From assembly GCA_944372355.1 (NCBI GenBank), contig CALVYS010000002.1:2831-66830 (forward strand): 64,000 nt of DNA. Direction: 5' to 3'. Below, one piece after another: positions 62,552-64,000 of the stretch. The notes beneath the pieces are model-generated. The model searched no databases, was not told where the DNA came from, and saw nothing but the letters and a program-made list of their open reading frames with translations. The stretch's first letter is position 1. Each line of letters starts with the position of its first letter. The stretch comes from an uncultured Clostridia bacterium. Lineage in GTDB: Bacteria; Bacillota; Clostridia; Christensenellales; UBA1242. The translations under genes and the position numbers were made by a program.

Positions 62552-63967
62552 TTATTTTTGTTTGCTTTCGGCAAATTTTATGGCTCTTCGCACATTTTTA
62601 TATGTTGGCAGCGCGTTTTCTGCCAGCAGAGTGTTTGCTCCAAAGTTTTGCGCAGGCAGAATGTCGCAATCAAAGCTGTTTCCTACAACCATCATTTCAT
62701 ATGGATAGAGATCCGCTTCTTTTGCAATTTGTTTGTAGGTTGTAAACTTTGTCAAATCATCTTTTTCATATCTGTTGCTGTAAATGCCTTTAAACCATTT
62801 TGGATTGATTTTCAGTTGTTTGCAGACGTCATATACTTCTGGAATTGTCGAGTTTGTGGCGATAAACAGACTGTATCTTTTTGAAAGCTTTCGTAGATCA
62901 TTGTTTTTGATCACTTGAATTTCCTGAGGATTTTTGATTGGAAAAGGATTTTTTTCTCTATATTCTCGCCATAGGTCTGGGTCTAAGCCGTGTTTTACAA
63001 GAGCTTGAACAACTTGCTCTCCAGAGCCTATGTTTCGAAGGTTTTTGCCAGTCAATTTTCTTGCCGCGTGAAGACAATATTTTTCCCAGTTTGTCCAGTC
63101 AGCACCTTGATAGAGCGTGTCGTCAAAGTCAAAAACAATGGCGACAATCTCCCCTTTCCCGGTCCAGTTTTTTCGGCAAAACATGATAACATCTGTAGTT
63201 AAGATGACCAAACTTTCAAATGCCATAACGCCATAGGCAATAAATATGTTAAAAGGAATAAAGTTTGCTAGTAAGTAAAACGTAAGATAATATATTGTAA
63301 CTAATACCTGCATGATAGTTTGAGCCAAACTTTTGCCGCCTGCCGTCAAAACATATGATGACAGCGTCCACGCCAAAACCCTAAAAAGGTAAAGGCCGAT
63401 GTAGAGGAAATAGGTTTGCGCCCCCGTTTGTAAAAGCTCTGGATTAAGTCCCATCATAAACGGCCAAAACAATATTCCTGACAAGACAGCGTAGCCAACC
63501 CAGAATGATAGTGCAATCAAAACCGAATATTTGCCAACAATGTAGGCTCCTTGATAGCGCCTTCTTCCAATAAGTCTTGCAACTTGCAAGCTTGTGATAT
63601 GAAGGCTGGCATACAAAAAGTTCAACAAAACATCTAAAACATTTTCAAAATAAGAATAGGTGTTGAATATGCTTTCGCTATATTTAAGCAAGAACAGAGA
63701 AGCCAAAGTGTAGCCCACTTGCCAAAAAATTTCCACCAAGAGTCTTGTGAAGATGATTAAGAATTCATTTTTTGAAAGCGACACCTTTTTAAGTTTTAAA
63801 ATATTAACCCCGAACTCTTTTCTAAAAACCCTCGCGTTGTAAATTGCACTGAGCAAAAATGCGACAAAGAAAATTAGAGGGATCCAAGTTAACACAACTC
63901 CGCCAACAAGGAACAATAGTGCAAAGCCAAAAATTATGGTTACAAAGATGATTATGTTGCTGTTCAT
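62552..63967 (-). CDS. Fusion protein: N-terminal polytopic membrane region (MATE-half-like) plus a C-terminal HAD-superfamily hydrolase
   Basis: About 260 aa of TM helices, then HAD motif I VFDFDDTLY, motif II IATNS, and motif III/IV K...VGNSFDCDI. Confidence 0.7.
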   Translation of the reverse strand: MNSNIIIFVTIIFGFALLFLVGGVVLTWIPLIFFVAFLLSAIYNARVFRKEFGVNILKLKKVSLSKNEFLIIFTRLLVEIFWQVGYTLASLFLLKYSESIFNTYSYFENVLDVLLNFLYASLHITSLQVARLIGRRRYQGAYIVGKYSVLIALSFWVGYAVLSGILFWPFMMGLNPELLQTGAQTYFLYIGLYLFRVLAWTLSSYVLTAGGKSLAQTIMQVLVTIYYLTFYLLANFIPFNIFIAYGVMAFESLVILTTDVIMFCRKNWTGKGEIVAIVFDFDDTLYQGADWTNWEKYCLHAARKLTGKNLRNIGSGEQVVQALVKHGLDPDLWREYREKNPFPIKNPQEIQVIKNNDLRKLSKRYSLFIATNSTIPEVYDVCKQLKINPKWFKGIYSNRYEKDDLTKFTTYKQIAKEADLYPYEMMVVGNSFDCDILPAQNFGANTLLAENALPTYKNVRRAIKFAESKQK

Positions 63968-64000
63968 TTGCTGTTTTGTTTTGTTGAAAAGTCTTAGCGT

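Overview
The window looks like chromosomal DNA from an endospore-forming Firmicute, probably Clostridia-like. This is inferred from spoIIE, spo0A, cwlD, yabP and yabQ sitting among housekeeping genes: trpS, tilS, gmk, glmM, gltX, dnaB, typA and four tRNAs.

About one third of the window is two giant minus-strand genes for surface proteins:
- 1..10763, more than 3,587 codons, running off the left edge of the window.
- 47424..58712, 3,762 aa.

I recognised no integrase, transposase, CRISPR array, reverse transcriptase or known defence system. The unexplained or unusual signals, roughly in order of interest, are:
1. The tRNA-Asn locus (61215-61760). It has a 112-bp tandem duplication whose leader is antisense to the tRNA body, truncated 5' and 3' tRNA fragments, and a possible sRNA with a C-rich loop upstream.
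2. An 889-bp near-identical direct repeat. It gives two Big_2 surface-protein paralogs a shared 5' part and different C-termini, and it brackets ku, glmM, a GlmU acetyltransferase-only gene and a YcxB-like gene.
3. The two giant proteins, which carry the same head module at opposite ends.
4. A compositionally distinct two-gene islet (26625-27400) that resembles an orphan toxin tip plus a CPCC-type immunity protein.
5. Two copies of an 83-nt hairpin element with a hairpin-rich spacer between tRNA-Leu and lemA.
6. A stand-alone Spo0A C-terminal-domain gene next to tRNA-Leu.

Start codons were refined by hand where the ORF track began at an upstream alternative start. All functional calls come from motif recognition by eye. 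No database search was run.
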